Notes: generated from the letters alone by a model not told the origin. DNA of 64,000 bases from an uncultured Microthrixaceae bacterium (GCA_963725155.1 CAVRXU010000007.1:320131-384130), one strand, 5' to 3'; positions 8,437-18,940 are shown, counted from the first letter of the stretch. A program made the numbers and translations.

Positions 8437-9542
8437 TTTCCCACCCACGCCAGCGCGCTGAGGGCGACGACCCCGGCCCCGCCGAGGGCCAGGGCGGCCC
8501 GGTCCAGTTCGGGGCGACGGGTGACCGTGGCGAGGGCCAGCACCAGGGGGAAGGCGTTCAGCCCGTACCGCTCGAGGGAGTTGAAGCTCTCGGCGCTGAG
8601 GGCCACGACCACCATCGGCACGGTGTAGACGGCGTAGCGCACGGGCCAGCGCCGCACCACGACCACGGTGAGGGCCACGAAGAGCAGGGCCATCGGGGGA
8701 TGGACGGCGTCACCGAGCCGGCTGGCGCTGACCATGTCCCCCGCGGCGTCGACCAGGCGGGAGAGCGGGTTGGTGATCGCGCCTCGGTACGGGCTCTGCT
8801 CGGTCAACGGGGCGAAGAACCCCGGACCGGTGGCCGCCGTGTAGAGGAGGTAGGCGCCGACGCCGATCGGGGCGCCGAGCACGGCGGCAGCTCGCCCCAG
8901 CCAGGCCCGGCCGTGCACGTCCCGCCAATCCCGGCTGACCTCCCAGAGGGCGGGCAGGGCGAGGAACAGGCCCAGGGGACGAGACAACCCGACGGCCACC
9001 CCGAGCGCGCCGGCCAGCCACCAGGCCTGGCGGCGCAGGGCGAGGAAGGCGCCGATGAGGCCGACGAGCATCACGGCCTCGGCGTAGCCCCAGACGAGCA
9101 CGAAGGCGCCGGGGAACAGGGCGAAGAACCAGGCCGCCCGACGGGCGAGCGCCTCGTCATCGGTCTCCTCGAGAGCCAGGCGGTACAGGAGCATCCCGGC
9201 CACGAGGGCGGCGCCGTTGGCCACGAGGATGAGGGCGAGGCCCTGGTTGCCGGCCAGGAGCCAGCCGAGCCCGCGACCCAGGAGCGGGAAGAGCGGGAAG
9301 AAGCGGACGGCCTCGGGAGGCAGCGGGCCGTAGCCGTCGGCGGCGATCGCGTCGTACCAGTCGCCGTCCCAGGCCAGGAGGTGCTGGTCCAGCTTGGGGG
9401 TGGCCCGGTGCGGGGCGAACTCGTCGGCCGCGGCGGCGACCAGGACGTAGGCCACGACCACGAGGACCCGAGCCACCACCCACGGCGGCAACGCGGCGGA
9501 CAGATCGGCCCGCCGCTCCGGCGTCCAGAGCCGGCGGATCAC
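8424..9542 (-). CDS. GT-C membrane glycosyltransferase, PIG-V / GT76-like mannosyltransferase family
   Basis: Polytopic protein. The motif LLAWDGDWYDAIAADGY...RFFPLFPLLGR is characteristic of PIG-V-like proteins. Start set at GTG 9542, which overlaps the upstream stop (GTGA). Confidence 0.6.
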   Translation of the reverse strand: MIRRLWTPERRADLSAALPPWVVARVLVVVAYVLVAAAADEFAPHRATPKLDQHLLAWDGDWYDAIAADGYGPLPPEAVRFFPLFPLLGRGLGWLLAGNQGLALILVANGAALVAGMLLYRLALEETDDEALARRAAWFFALFPGAFVLVWGYAEAVMLVGLIGAFLALRRQAWWLAGALGVAVGLSRPLGLFLALPALWEVSRDWRDVHGRAWLGRAAAVLGAPIGVGAYLLYTAATGPGFFAPLTEQSPYRGAITNPLSRLVDAAGDMVSASRLGDAVHPPMALLFVALTVVVVRRWPVRYAVYTVPMVVVALSAESFNSLERYGLNAFPLVLALATVTRRPELDRAALALGGAGVVALSALAWVGNYVP

Positions 9543-11182
9543 GGTGCTGGGTACTTGTGGAGGTTGGCGTTCTCGAAGTAGGTGTCGGAGTTGGCCTGCA
9601 GGGCGGGGCCGTTGCCCGGCCGGGCCTGGGCCAGGAGACGTTGGACCTCGGTGCACTGGGTCTCGAGGGTGATGTACTCCGGGCTCCACGCCAGCCAGAT
9701 GGTGTGGCCCTCGGCCTCAGCCAGCACGGCGGCGACGAACGCCTCGGGGTCGGAGGCGGCGTTCCGCTCGGCGTAGTCGACCCAGTCCACGAACTCGGGC
9801 GGGTCGAGATCGGGATAGGTCACCTCGGTGAAGTCACCGTCGAGGGCCCGGCTCCCGGCCGGACCGATCTGGTCCGGGCAGTAGACCACGAGGTCGCCGG
9901 CCGTCCCCCGCTCCTCGATGACCGACGCCAGAGCGTCCATCTGCGTGCGCTCGTTGGTGACCACGTCGATGACGCCGAACGCCGAGGTGGCCAGGAAGGC
10001 GAGCAGGGCGAGAACGAGGGCAAGGGTCCCGGTGAAGCGATGGAGGCCCCACGCCGCGCCGAGCACCACGAGCGGCGCCACCATCGCCAGGTAGCGCGGC
10101 GCGAAGCCGGAGTTGGTCAGGTAGCCGGCGGCCACCGCGATGAGGAGGGTCAGCGCCCCGATCAGGAGCTCGAGGCGGACATCGGGCCGGGTGCGCAGGT
10201 CGAGCTCGATGGTGGATCGGTCCCGGCTCCGCCCGAACAACCCGAGGACGAGGAGCAGGCCCAGCACCATCGAGAAGAGGATCCGCTCGGCGTTGTCGAC
10301 CCCGCCGAGGTCGGAGAAGAGCTGCGCCAGCACCTTCGTCGGTCGCTCGGGCTCGGCCCAGGGGGTCCCCGTGCTGCGGGCCTGCTCGAGGAAGCTGGGC
10401 AGCCACGGCAGGAAGAGGAGGCCGCCGGCGGCCACCGCGGCGATGACCCGGAGCCGGGCCGAGCGCTCCTCCCCCGTCGCCCGCCACCAGGCCACCACGA
10501 GGACGAGCCCGGTGGCCCCGAGGAGGTAGAAGGCCCAGTAGTGGGTCAGGAGGAGGGCGCCGGAGACGAGGGTCACGGGGATCAGGCGACCCCACGACGG
10601 CTGCTCCAGGGCCCGTTGCACGACGAGCCAGCCGACGAAGACCAGGAGCATGACCAGGGCGTACATGCGGGCTTCGGTGCCGTACCGGCTGGCGAAGGGC
10701 AGGGCCCCGAGCACGAGGAGGGTGAGCCAGCCCAGGGTGGCGCCGCCCGCCCGACGACCGACGAACCAGGCCACGGGCAGGGTGGCGACGGCGAGGAGGC
10801 CGGAAAGCGCACGGACCTCGACGTCGCCGACGCCGAAGAGCTCGGTCCAGACGTGGAGGAGGACGTAGTAGAGCGGGGGGTGCCCGTCGTGACGGAGGGC
10901 TTCGCCGATGTCGCCCAGGGGCAGCGTGGCGATGTTGACGCTGAGCGCTTCGTCCAGCCACAGGGCCGACGTGGTGAGGAATCGGGTCACCGAACCGACC
11001 ACGGCCACGACGAGGGCCAGGGCGACCAGCCATGTAGGCGGCGAGGGGGCGGACGGGGTACCGTCGGGGCCGCCGCGTCGCTCGCTCGCGCCGGTCCGTT
11101 CCTCTACGGACACGGGCCGGGACTGTACCGGCGTCGCCCCGTCCACCGTGGCCGCTCCGGGCGTCCTGCACGGCCCCGCCAC
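9539..11182 (-). CDS. GT-C membrane glycosyltransferase, GT39 / ArnT / PMT_2-like
   Basis: Polytopic N-terminal half with LWLDEALSVNIA...HDGHPPLYYVLLHVWTELFG...RALSGL. GTG 11113 is an alternative start that would leave an 89-bp divergent intergenic region. Confidence 0.65.
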   Translation of the reverse strand: MAGPCRTPGAATVDGATPVQSRPVSVEERTGASERRGGPDGTPSAPSPPTWLVALALVVAVVGSVTRFLTTSALWLDEALSVNIATLPLGDIGEALRHDGHPPLYYVLLHVWTELFGVGDVEVRALSGLLAVATLPVAWFVGRRAGGATLGWLTLLVLGALPFASRYGTEARMYALVMLLVFVGWLVVQRALEQPSWGRLIPVTLVSGALLLTHYWAFYLLGATGLVLVVAWWRATGEERSARLRVIAAVAAGGLLFLPWLPSFLEQARSTGTPWAEPERPTKVLAQLFSDLGGVDNAERILFSMVLGLLLVLGLFGRSRDRSTIELDLRTRPDVRLELLIGALTLLIAVAAGYLTNSGFAPRYLAMVAPLVVLGAAWGLHRFTGTLALVLALLAFLATSAFGVIDVVTNERTQMDALASVIEERGTAGDLVVYCPDQIGPAGSRALDGDFTEVTYPDLDPPEFVDWVDYAERNAASDPEAFVAAVLAEAEGHTIWLAWSPEYITLETQCTEVQRLLAQARPGNGPALQANSDTYFENANLHKYPAP

Positions 11183-11202
11183 GAACCCGAACCAGGTACC
11201 CG

Positions 11203-12728
11203 ATGACCCCGCCCCCCTCCCCTGACGCCCCCGACCAGCACGGCGCCGAGCCCGGTGCCGTGGTCATCATCGGCGCCGGCCCCGCCGGTCTGACCGCGGC
11301 CTACACCCTGGGCCAGCGGGGCGTCGCCTCCACGATCCTCGAGGCCGACGACGTCGTCGGCGGGATCAGCCGCACGGTCGAGCGCGACGGCTGGCGCTTC
11401 GACATCGGTGGGCACCGCTTCTTCACCAAGGTCAAGCCCGTCGAAGCCCTGTGGCACGAGATCCTCGCCGACGAGGACTTCATGCTCCGGCCCCGGATGA
11501 GCCGGATCTACTACGACGGGAAGTACTTCGACTACCCGCTCAAGGCCTTCAACGCCTTGCGCAACCTGGGCCTGATCGAGGCCTTCCTCTGCGTGATGTC
11601 CTACCTCTGGGTCCGGGTGCGGCCGCCCAAGAACCAGGACAAGTTCGAGGGCTGGGTGGCGTCCCGCTTCGGCTGGCGCCTCTACCGCACCTTCTTCAAG
11701 ACCTACACCGAGAAGGTCTGGGGCATCCCGGCCGAGGAGATGCCGGCGGACTGGGCCGCCCAGCGCATCAAGAACCTCTCCCTCTTCAAGGCGGTGATGA
11801 ACGCCCTCCTGCCCAAGCGCAACCAGAAGGAGATCACCAGCCTCATCGAGGAGTTCGAGTACCCGAAGTACGGCCCCGGGATGATGTGGGAGCGCTGCAC
11901 CGAGAAGGTCCAGGCCCAGGGGTCGTCGGTGCACATGCAGACCCGGGTGGAGGGGATCCGCCACGCCGACGGTCGGGCCGTCGCCGTCGTGGCCGGGGGC
12001 GACGAGTACCCCTGCGACCACGTGATCTCCTCGATGCCGTTCACCCAACTGCTCAAGGCGATGGACCCGCCGGTGCCGGCCGAGGTCCTCGCCGCGGCGG
12101 ACGACATCAGCTACCGCGACTTCCTCACCATCGCCCTGGTCGTGCCCGAGGAGGCCGGCTTCCCGGACAACTGGATCTACATCCACGCCCCCGACGTCAT
12201 GGTCGGGCGCATCCAGAACTTCGGCTCCTGGTCGCCGTACATGGTGAAGGAGGGCCGGACCTGCCTCGGCCTCGAGTACTTCGTCTTCGAGGGCGACGAG
12301 CTCGTGGACGGCGGCGGACGAGGCGCTCGTCGCCCAGGGCGACGCGGGAGCTGGTGACCCTCGGCCTCATCGCGGCCGACAAGGTCGAGGCCGGGTACGT
12401 GGTGCGGATGCCCAAGGCCTATCCCATCTACGACGAGACCTACGCCGACAACGTCGACGTGCTCCGGAGCTGGCTCGAGGCCAACACGCCCAACGTGCTC
12501 CCGGTCGGTCGCAACGGGATGCACAAGTACAACAACCAGGACCACTCGATGTACACGGCCATGCTGACCGTGGAGAACCTCTACGGCGCCGACCACGACA
12601 TCTGGGCCGTGAACGTCGAGGAGGAGTACCACGAGGAGGGCGAGGCGGTCGAGGAGATCCGGGAGTCCGGCACCGGTCGCGCCGCTCCGGTCATCCCCAA
12701 GGCGGCCGACCCCGCCCGTCGACACTGA
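11203..12728 (+). pseudogene. NAD(P)/FAD-dependent oxidoreductase (amine-oxidase / UDP-galactopyranose-mutase-like fold), reading frame broken near 12304 and 12344
   Basis: The N-terminal 366 aa (IIGAGPAGLTAAY dinucleotide motif) are in frame 1. The C-terminal part (RELVTLGLIAADKVEAGYVVRMPKAYPIYDE...GRNGMHKYNNQDHSM) is in frame 0. A short frame-2 bridge reads SWTAADEALVAQGD. Confidence 0.7.
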
Positions 12729-12748
12729 GCCCGGAGCCGGCGACCAGG

Positions 12749-13999
12749 GTGGCGAGCCGTGATCGGTTCTGGGTCAAGCTGGCGCTGATCGCCCTGCTCG
12801 CCCTCGCCGTCCGCGTGGGCTACATCGGCGTGGCCAAGTGGTCCGACGAGGTCGAGTTCAGCGACGCCTTGTACTACGCCACCCAGGCCCAGGTCCTGGC
12901 GGAAGGTGGGGGGTTCGACTCTCGGGACCACGAACGGCCGGCGGCCGACCATGCTCCCCTCACCCAGGTCTCCCAGGCGCCCACCGCGCTGGTCTTCGGC
13001 CGGAGCGTGCTGGCCCAACGCCTGGTGCAGGCCGTGTACGGGGCCTTGGCGGTCGTGGCCATCGCCCTCCTGGCCCGGAAGGTCACCGGCCAGGACCGCG
13101 TGGCCCTGTGGGCGGGGCTCGTAGCCGCCGTGTATCCCAACCTCTGGGCCAACGACGCCGTGATCATGGCCGAGACGCTCACCGTCTTGCTCGTCGCCGT
13201 CCTCCTGTGGGCGGTCTACGACTACGAGGACGCCCCGGGCGGGCGCCGAGCCGTTCTCGTCGGCGCCCTGGCGGGGCTGGCTGCGCTGTCCCGGGCCGAG
13301 CTGGCCCTGCTCGGGGTCCTCGCCTTCGCCCCCCTCGCCCTGACCGCCGTCGGGCCCTGGTCACGGCGCCTCGGGCACCTCGCCCTCGCCGGCCTCGCGG
13401 GCATGGTGGTCTTGGCCCCCTGGCTGGTCTACAACGCCGGTCGGTTCGACCGGACCGTCCTGATCTCCACCAACGACGGCCTGACCCTCGTCGGGGCCAA
13501 TTGCGACACCCAGTACGACGGCCCGGACCCTGGCCTGTGGGACATCGCCTGCCTCCCGGCGGGGTCCTTCACCGATGCGCAGAGCCGCGACCAGTCCGTG
13601 ATCAACGCCGACTATCGCCACGTCGCCGTGGAGTACGCGCTGGACAACATCGGGGACCTGCCGCGGGTGGCCGCGGTCCGGGTGGCCCGCACGTGGAGCC
13701 TCTATGACCCGGCGTCGATGGTGCGGTTCAACGAGAACGAGGGACGGGAGCCGCCGGTGGGTTGGGCGGGGTTCGTGTCCTTCTGGCTGCTCGTGCCCTT
13801 CGCGGTGGGCGGCGCGTTGGTGCTCCGGGAACGGCGGCGGACGATCTGGCCACTGCTGTCGACCGTGGTCGTGGTCACCGTCGTCTCGGCCCTGTTCTAC
13901 GGGTTGGTGCGCTTCCGGGCGCCGGCCGAGGTCGCCTTGGTGGTGTTCGCCGCGGTCGCGCTGGCCGAGCTCCAGGACCGTCGTAGCGTCCCGGCGTGA
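12749..13999 (+). CDS. GT-C membrane glycosyltransferase (ArnT/GT39-like), paralog 1 of 4
   Basis: GTG start. Polytopic. Shares motifs with the other three paralogs: YPNLWANDAVIMAETL, LSRAE, CDTQYDG...DIAC, VRFRAPAEVALV. Confidence 0.7.
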   Translation: MASRDRFWVKLALIALLALAVRVGYIGVAKWSDEVEFSDALYYATQAQVLAEGGGFDSRDHERPAADHAPLTQVSQAPTALVFGRSVLAQRLVQAVYGALAVVAIALLARKVTGQDRVALWAGLVAAVYPNLWANDAVIMAETLTVLLVAVLLWAVYDYEDAPGGRRAVLVGALAGLAALSRAELALLGVLAFAPLALTAVGPWSRRLGHLALAGLAGMVVLAPWLVYNAGRFDRTVLISTNDGLTLVGANCDTQYDGPDPGLWDIACLPAGSFTDAQSRDQSVINADYRHVAVEYALDNIGDLPRVAAVRVARTWSLYDPASMVRFNENEGREPPVGWAGFVSFWLLVPFAVGGALVLRERRRTIWPLLSTVVVVTVVSALFYGLVRFRAPAEVALVVFAAVALAELQDRRSVPA

Positions 14000-14844
14000 G
14001 CCGTCTCGCCCCGGTCGCCATGATCGGCCTGGCGATCGCCCTCCTGGTGGGCTGTGGCGACGACGGGACCGCGGGCTCGTCGCCGACATCCGGGCCGGCC
14101 GACATCGCGACGAGCCGGCCGACGACCAGCGTGGTCCCCACGACGGAGGCGCCCGTACCCCAGCCCTTGCCGGGCGGGAACCTGGAGGTGCTGGCGGTGG
14201 GCGATTCGGTCATGTTCGACGCGACGGCGGCCATCCAGGCCGCGCTCGGGGCGACGGGCGCGGCGACGGTCCGCGCCGAGTCGGCCTTCGGCCTGGGCTT
14301 CTCCGACGGCGCGGCCGTCCCGTTCGCCGATGCCGCCGACGAGATCCTCGAAGGTGATCCCGCCGACCAGGTCGTCGTGATGGTCGGCTCGTGGGACCAC
14401 CTCACCGCCCAACGCGATCCCGAGGCCTATGCCGCGGCCGTCCACGACGCGCTGACGACCCTCGCCGATGACGGTCGCTCGGTGCTCGTGCTCGGCGAGC
14501 CCCCCAGCGATCCGGCCAAGGGCGAGGAGTCGGCCCGCACGGTGGTCAACCAGACCCTCGAGGCCGAGGCCGCCACCGTCGCGGGGGTGACCTACCTGCC
14601 CACCGACGAGGTCATCGGGGACGCCGACGGCGAGTACGTGCTGCGGGACGACCGCGGCGCCCTCCTGCGCAAGCCCGACGGTCGCCACCTCTGCCCCGAG
14701 GGGGCCGAGCGCTTCGGGGCGGCCGTCGTGACCGCGCTGCGCGAGGAGTGGGCGCTCCCGGGTCCCGACCCGACCTGGGTCGACGGGGCCTGGCGCACGG
14801 ACCGCCGCTACGACGACCCGCCCGGGGGCTGTGCCGCCGCCTGA
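13996..14844 (+). CDS. SGNH-hydrolase-fold lipoprotein, paralog 1 of 4
   Basis: GTG 13996 overlaps the upstream stop (GTGA). Lipobox LLVGC, T/P/S-rich linker, block I VLAVGDSVM, block V DGRHLCPEG, and a C-terminal W..W...GGC tail. Confidence 0.7.
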   Translation: MSRLAPVAMIGLAIALLVGCGDDGTAGSSPTSGPADIATSRPTTSVVPTTEAPVPQPLPGGNLEVLAVGDSVMFDATAAIQAALGATGAATVRAESAFGLGFSDGAAVPFADAADEILEGDPADQVVVMVGSWDHLTAQRDPEAYAAAVHDALTTLADDGRSVLVLGEPPSDPAKGEESARTVVNQTLEAEAATVAGVTYLPTDEVIGDADGEYVLRDDRGALLRKPDGRHLCPEGAERFGAAVVTALREEWALPGPDPTWVDGAWRTDRRYDDPPGGCAAA

Positions 14845-16187
14845 CGGGCGGGCCAACGACGCAACAGGCCGTCGGCGCCGACTCCGGCGACGACCACGAG
14901 GGCCACATCGGCCGGGACCCGGTAGCGGGTGATGCCGAAGGTGATGGCTGCGGCCAGGGCGACGACCACGACCGTGCTGAGGACGGGGATGAGCGTGATG
15001 CCCCGCCGGTGGAGGAGCACGCCGCCATAGAGGCCGAGGGGCAGGAGGGCGTAGTAGGCCCAGAGCCCGACGGTCGACGCCGCCTTGCCCCGACCTTCCA
15101 GCCACCAGTTGAGGAACACGTTCTGGCCCGGCTTGAAGACGTCGAACACCCGGCCCACCCGGGCCACCGCCACCAGGGGCAGGCGGCTCAGGTGGTCGTA
15201 GAAGTAGTCGTCGGACTCGTCGAGCAACTCGGCCTCGCGGACGGACTCGTCGGCCTCGTCCAGTTCGAGGGGCGGATCGGTGCCGATGCAGTTGGCGTGG
15301 TAGCCGATGTACTCGCCGTAGTAGGTGCTGTCGCAGCTGGCGTCGCTCATCACCGATCCGGCGCTGTTGGTCAGGAACACGGGCTCGTCGAAGCGGATCA
15401 GGTTGAACGCCACCCACGGCAGGAGCACCAGGGCACCGACCACCGCGCCGACCGCGACGAACCCGAAGCGCTCCTTCCACGACCGCCCCGGTAGCCGCAG
15501 GGCCAGCAGGGCGACGAGCACGACGAAGAAGAAGATCCCTTCGGTGCGGGTGAGCGCAGCGGCGCCGGTCGCGGCGGCCAGGGCGGCCATGGACCCGGGG
15601 GTCGGCTGGTCCCAGAAGCGGTGAGCCAGCAGCAGCATCACGGCGATGATCAAGGCGTAGAGGGACTCCGCCTGCAGCATCCCGTCGTTGATCCAGAGCA
15701 TCGGGTACAGCGCGGCGGCGCCCGCGGCCAGGAGCCCGGCGCGGGGACCGGCCAGGCGGCGGGCCAGGACGCCGATGACCACGACGGTGGCCACCCCGAG
15801 GACCCCCGAGGCGAGCCGGTGCGTCGTCGCCGACTGGAGGCCCACGGCGGAGAGCAGCCCGAGGACGGTCGAATAGCCGGGGGGATGGGACGCGCTGTCG
15901 GCCAGCTGGTGGGTCTGGAGGAACCAGTAGGGGTGGGCGAACAGGTGGCCGTCACCGAGGAGCAGGCCCTGGACGTGGTAGTAGGTGGCGTCGCCGGCCA
16001 GGCGGAAACAGGAGCCCGCACCGGTCACCGGCGGGTCGCACGTGGGGCGCACGACGAGCACCAGGACCCAGCGCACGGCCAGCGCCACGGCCGCGATGGT
16101 GCCCAGCGCCCACGCGAAGGGTTTGGCCGCCGGCCCCGCGTCCCGCCAGAATCGCTGGGGTGAAGGCATCTCTGGCAACCGTAGCAA
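14808..16187 (-). CDS. GT-C membrane glycosyltransferase (ArnT/GT39-like), paralog 2 of 4
   Basis: Motifs YPMLWINDGMLQAESL, LTRTE, CDSTYYGEYIGYHANC, TRYRVPADVALV. The start could instead be ATG 16169. Confidence 0.7.
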   Translation of the reverse strand: MLRLPEMPSPQRFWRDAGPAAKPFAWALGTIAAVALAVRWVLVLVVRPTCDPPVTGAGSCFRLAGDATYYHVQGLLLGDGHLFAHPYWFLQTHQLADSASHPPGYSTVLGLLSAVGLQSATTHRLASGVLGVATVVVIGVLARRLAGPRAGLLAAGAAALYPMLWINDGMLQAESLYALIIAVMLLLAHRFWDQPTPGSMAALAAATGAAALTRTEGIFFFVVLVALLALRLPGRSWKERFGFVAVGAVVGALVLLPWVAFNLIRFDEPVFLTNSAGSVMSDASCDSTYYGEYIGYHANCIGTDPPLELDEADESVREAELLDESDDYFYDHLSRLPLVAVARVGRVFDVFKPGQNVFLNWWLEGRGKAASTVGLWAYYALLPLGLYGGVLLHRRGITLIPVLSTVVVVALAAAITFGITRYRVPADVALVVVAGVGADGLLRRWPARQAAAQPPGGSS

Positions 16188-16588
16188 TCGCCCTCCTGAC
16201 GCTCAGTGCGTGCGGGGGCGACGACGGTGGCGGCGGAACGGACTCCGACGGGACGACGGCGACGTCGGTGGCCGGTGCCGACCTCAGCTCCTACGACACC
16301 GTCAGCGACCTCAACGATGCCCTCGGCGCCGGTGGCGTCGAGTGTGAGTTGGAGTACGAGGGCCTGACCGATGAGATCCGCGAGCTCAGCCAGTGCACCA
16401 TCGACGGCGGCCAGGCCATCCTCACCATCTGGTACGACGCCGACCTCATGACCGAGTTCCTCGCCCCCGAAGGGGCCGATCCGCCCGTCGCAGTGGCCTA
16501 CGGCGAGGACTGGACGGTCGAGCTCACCGACCCCGCCACCGCTGCCACCGTGGCCGAGGCCGCCGGTGGCACCACCACCGACGGCTGA
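16160..16588 (+). CDS. Hypothetical lipoprotein
   Basis: GTG start. Signal peptide with lipobox (VKASLATVAIALLTLSAC) followed by a Gly/Asp-rich linker. No recognised domain. Confidence 0.5.
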   Translation: MKASLATVAIALLTLSACGGDDGGGGTDSDGTTATSVAGADLSSYDTVSDLNDALGAGGVECELEYEGLTDEIRELSQCTIDGGQAILTIWYDADLMTEFLAPEGADPPVAVAYGEDWTVELTDPATAATVAEAAGGTTTDG

Positions 16589-17282
16589 CGCCGGGCGGCA
16601 CGGCGCCCGGCTCCTCGTGGGGATCCTGGCGTTCGGGCTGAGCATCGGATCCGCCGGGCCGGTCGGCGCCCACGTCGAAGCGGTGCCCCCGTTCGAGGGG
16701 CCTCCAGGGGGTCCGAAGGTGGCCGCCGTGGGCGACAGCCTGCTCGGCCAGCTCGAGTCGGAGGGCCCCACCCATCCCACCTCGACCCGAGCCTTCACCC
16801 GCAGCCTGATCGACGAGGGCTGGCGGGCCTCGGTCAAGCACCGCAACGCCTGGCGCACCGCCCGGGTGCGCGTCCTGGCCCGACAGGCCGTGGACCGCGG
16901 CGCCGTGGTCGTCATCGTGTCGGCCGGCTCGGGTGACGTCCGCTGGGTGCGGGAGAGCGCCGACCCGAGCTACGCCCGATGGCTCGTGCGGCGGGCCGTC
17001 GGCCTGCTCCTGGACGATCTCGAGCCGCAGTGCGTGGTGTGGCCCACGATCCCCGTCGTCGGCGGTGCGGGCGAACGCCGGACGGCGCAGGTGGTGAACC
17101 AGGTGCTCCGCGCCGCCGACGAGGGGTCGAGCCGGGTCCGCAGCCCCGACTGGGCCGCCGTCGCCCGGAGCCACCCGGGACGCTTCATCGCTGACGGCGT
17201 GCACCTCTCGCGGGCCGGAGAGGCCGCCTTTCAGCGCACCCTCCTGCACGCCGCCCGCCGTTGCGTGACCGGGCTCCGATGA
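16566..17282 (+). CDS. Secreted SGNH/GDSL-family hydrolase
   Basis: Signal peptide, block I VAAVGDSLL, block V DGVHLSRAGEAAF. Confidence 0.55.
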   Translation: MAPPPTADAGRHGARLLVGILAFGLSIGSAGPVGAHVEAVPPFEGPPGGPKVAAVGDSLLGQLESEGPTHPTSTRAFTRSLIDEGWRASVKHRNAWRTARVRVLARQAVDRGAVVVIVSAGSGDVRWVRESADPSYARWLVRRAVGLLLDDLEPQCVVWPTIPVVGGAGERRTAQVVNQVLRAADEGSSRVRSPDWAAVARSHPGRFIADGVHLSRAGEAAFQRTLLHAARRCVTGLR

Positions 17283-18109
17283 GCCCGGTCCGTGGACTGG
17301 CTGCCGTCGCCACCGCGCTGCTGCTCGTCGGTTGCGGCGCGGACGACGGGGACACCGCCGCCGCCGGTCCGACCTCGACCGCGCCACCCGCGACCTCGGC
17401 GCCCGCACCGACCACTGCGGTCGATGTCCCCCGCGTCCTGATCGCCGGGGACTCGGTGATGGAGGAGGCGGCCGGTGCGCTGACCTACGCCATCGAGGCG
17501 ACCAGCGGCGCCCACGCCGCCTTCGCCCTCGGCCCGGACCTCCCCCGCGATGCCGCCGACATCGCCGTCTGGCAGGCCGCGCTCGACGAGCACCGCCCCG
17601 ACCTCGTCGTGGTCTCCGTCGGGCACTGGGAGTACCTGGAGGTGCTGGGTGACTTCGCCGAAGGTGACCGGTTGGCGCCGGGCACCTACGCCTCCGAGAT
17701 CCTGGATCCGTTCGCCGACCTGGTCACCGCGGACGGTGCCCGCCTCCTCTGGGTCGGGCCCCTGGTCATCGACGACCCCGATGAATCCGAGTTCGTGGAC
17801 GGGCTGCAGAGGGACTTCGAAGCCCTGGCCGAGCGCCGGGACGACGTCGACTTCGTCGACGCCGACACCTGGGTCGCGCCCGACGGCTTCCGCGCCACCC
17901 TGCCGGGGCCGGACGGGCAGCCGGTGCCGATCCGGCGGGCCGACGGCATCCATCTGTGCCCGGAGGGCCAAGTCCTGTTGGCCGAAGGCCTCCTGAGCGT
18001 GATCGCCGACGAGCTCGAGCTGACGCCGTCACCGACCTGGGCCGATGAGTGGCGGGCGGAGCAGCCGACCGAACCGGGCGGCTGTGCGCCCGACTACCAG
18101 GGCGACTGA
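17279..18109 (+). CDS. SGNH-hydrolase-fold lipoprotein, paralog 2 of 4
   Basis: ATG 17279 overlaps the upstream stop (ATGA). Lipobox LLVGC, T/P/A linker, VLIAGDSVM, DGIHLCPEG, and a C-terminal W..W...GGC tail. Confidence 0.7.
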   Translation: MSPVRGLAAVATALLLVGCGADDGDTAAAGPTSTAPPATSAPAPTTAVDVPRVLIAGDSVMEEAAGALTYAIEATSGAHAAFALGPDLPRDAADIAVWQAALDEHRPDLVVVSVGHWEYLEVLGDFAEGDRLAPGTYASEILDPFADLVTADGARLLWVGPLVIDDPDESEFVDGLQRDFEALAERRDDVDFVDADTWVAPDGFRATLPGPDGQPVPIRRADGIHLCPEGQVLLAEGLLSVIADELELTPSPTWADEWRAEQPTEPGGCAPDYQGD

Positions 18110-18115
18110 TCGCCG

Positions 18116-18940
18116 TCAGGCGGCGAGGACGGCGGGGACCTCGCGGGGCACGTCGGCCAGGCGCTGGCCCAGCGGCGGCCCGGCCCGGCCCGCCAGCAGG
18201 CGATCGATGCGGCGAAGCATCCGTTTGCGGCCGTACCAGAGGAGGGGGCTGAGCACTCGGCCGGTCCCCGGCACCACCCAGTACGGCTCACCGGGGTCGG
18301 CGTCGTAGGGATGGCAGTAGGTGAACGGCACCGAGCCCAGCGGCTTGTCCCGCAACCCGGCCCGGACCACGGGCCATGGGAGGACCCGCAGGTAGGTGCC
18401 ACCCACCACCGGGAGACCGAGGGGGCCGGCCTTGATGATCGGGGCGGGGAGCTCCAGGAGCCCGGACGGCCAGGTGAAGGGGTGACGGGGCAGGCCCGGG
18501 TAGCCGTACAGCGGGTTCCAGGCGGGGAGGATGCTCGAGGAGTAGGTGAAGCCGAGGTCGACGAGGACCTCGGTGGCCCAGACGGTCTCGGGCACCAGCG
18601 AGAACGTCGGGGCGCGGAAGCCGTTGACGTCCTGGTCGGCCACCTGAGCCAGTAGGGCGCGACCCCGGGCCGTCTCCTCGCGGAACACCTCAGGGGTGAG
18701 CTCGGTGATCGGGGTGTGGCGCCATCCGTGGAGGCCGAGCTCGTGGCCCTGGGCGGCGATCTCGCGCACGAGCTCCGGGTGGTCCCGGACGATCTCGCCG
18801 ACCACGAAGACCGTGCCCACGACGCCCCGGTCGGCGCAGAAGGCGAGTACCCGACGGGTGGCGTCCAGGAGGCGGAGCTCGGTCCCGTCGTCGGGCCGGT
18901 GGTCCTCGACGTCGAAGGTGAAGGTGAAGGGCGGGGTCAT
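18116..18940 (-). CDS. Polysaccharide deacetylase (CE4, DUF3473-type)
   Basis: N-terminus FTFTFDVEDH, GHELGLHGWRH, and a DUF3473-like C-terminal half. Confidence 0.75.
   Translation of the reverse strand: MTPPFTFTFDVEDHRPDDGTELRLLDATRRVLAFCADRGVVGTVFVVGEIVRDHPELVREIAAQGHELGLHGWRHTPITELTPEVFREETARGRALLAQVADQDVNGFRAPTFSLVPETVWATEVLVDLGFTYSSSILPAWNPLYGYPGLPRHPFTWPSGLLELPAPIIKAGPLGLPVVGGTYLRVLPWPVVRAGLRDKPLGSVPFTYCHPYDADPGEPYWVVPGTGRVLSPLLWYGRKRMLRRIDRLLAGRAGPPLGQRLADVPREVPAVLAA

Noticed and set aside
12908-12925. A tRNA-like T-loop string (gggggttcgactctcggg).
   Set aside because: It lies inside the GT-C paralog 1 coding frame. The flanks do not form acceptor, D or anticodon stems.
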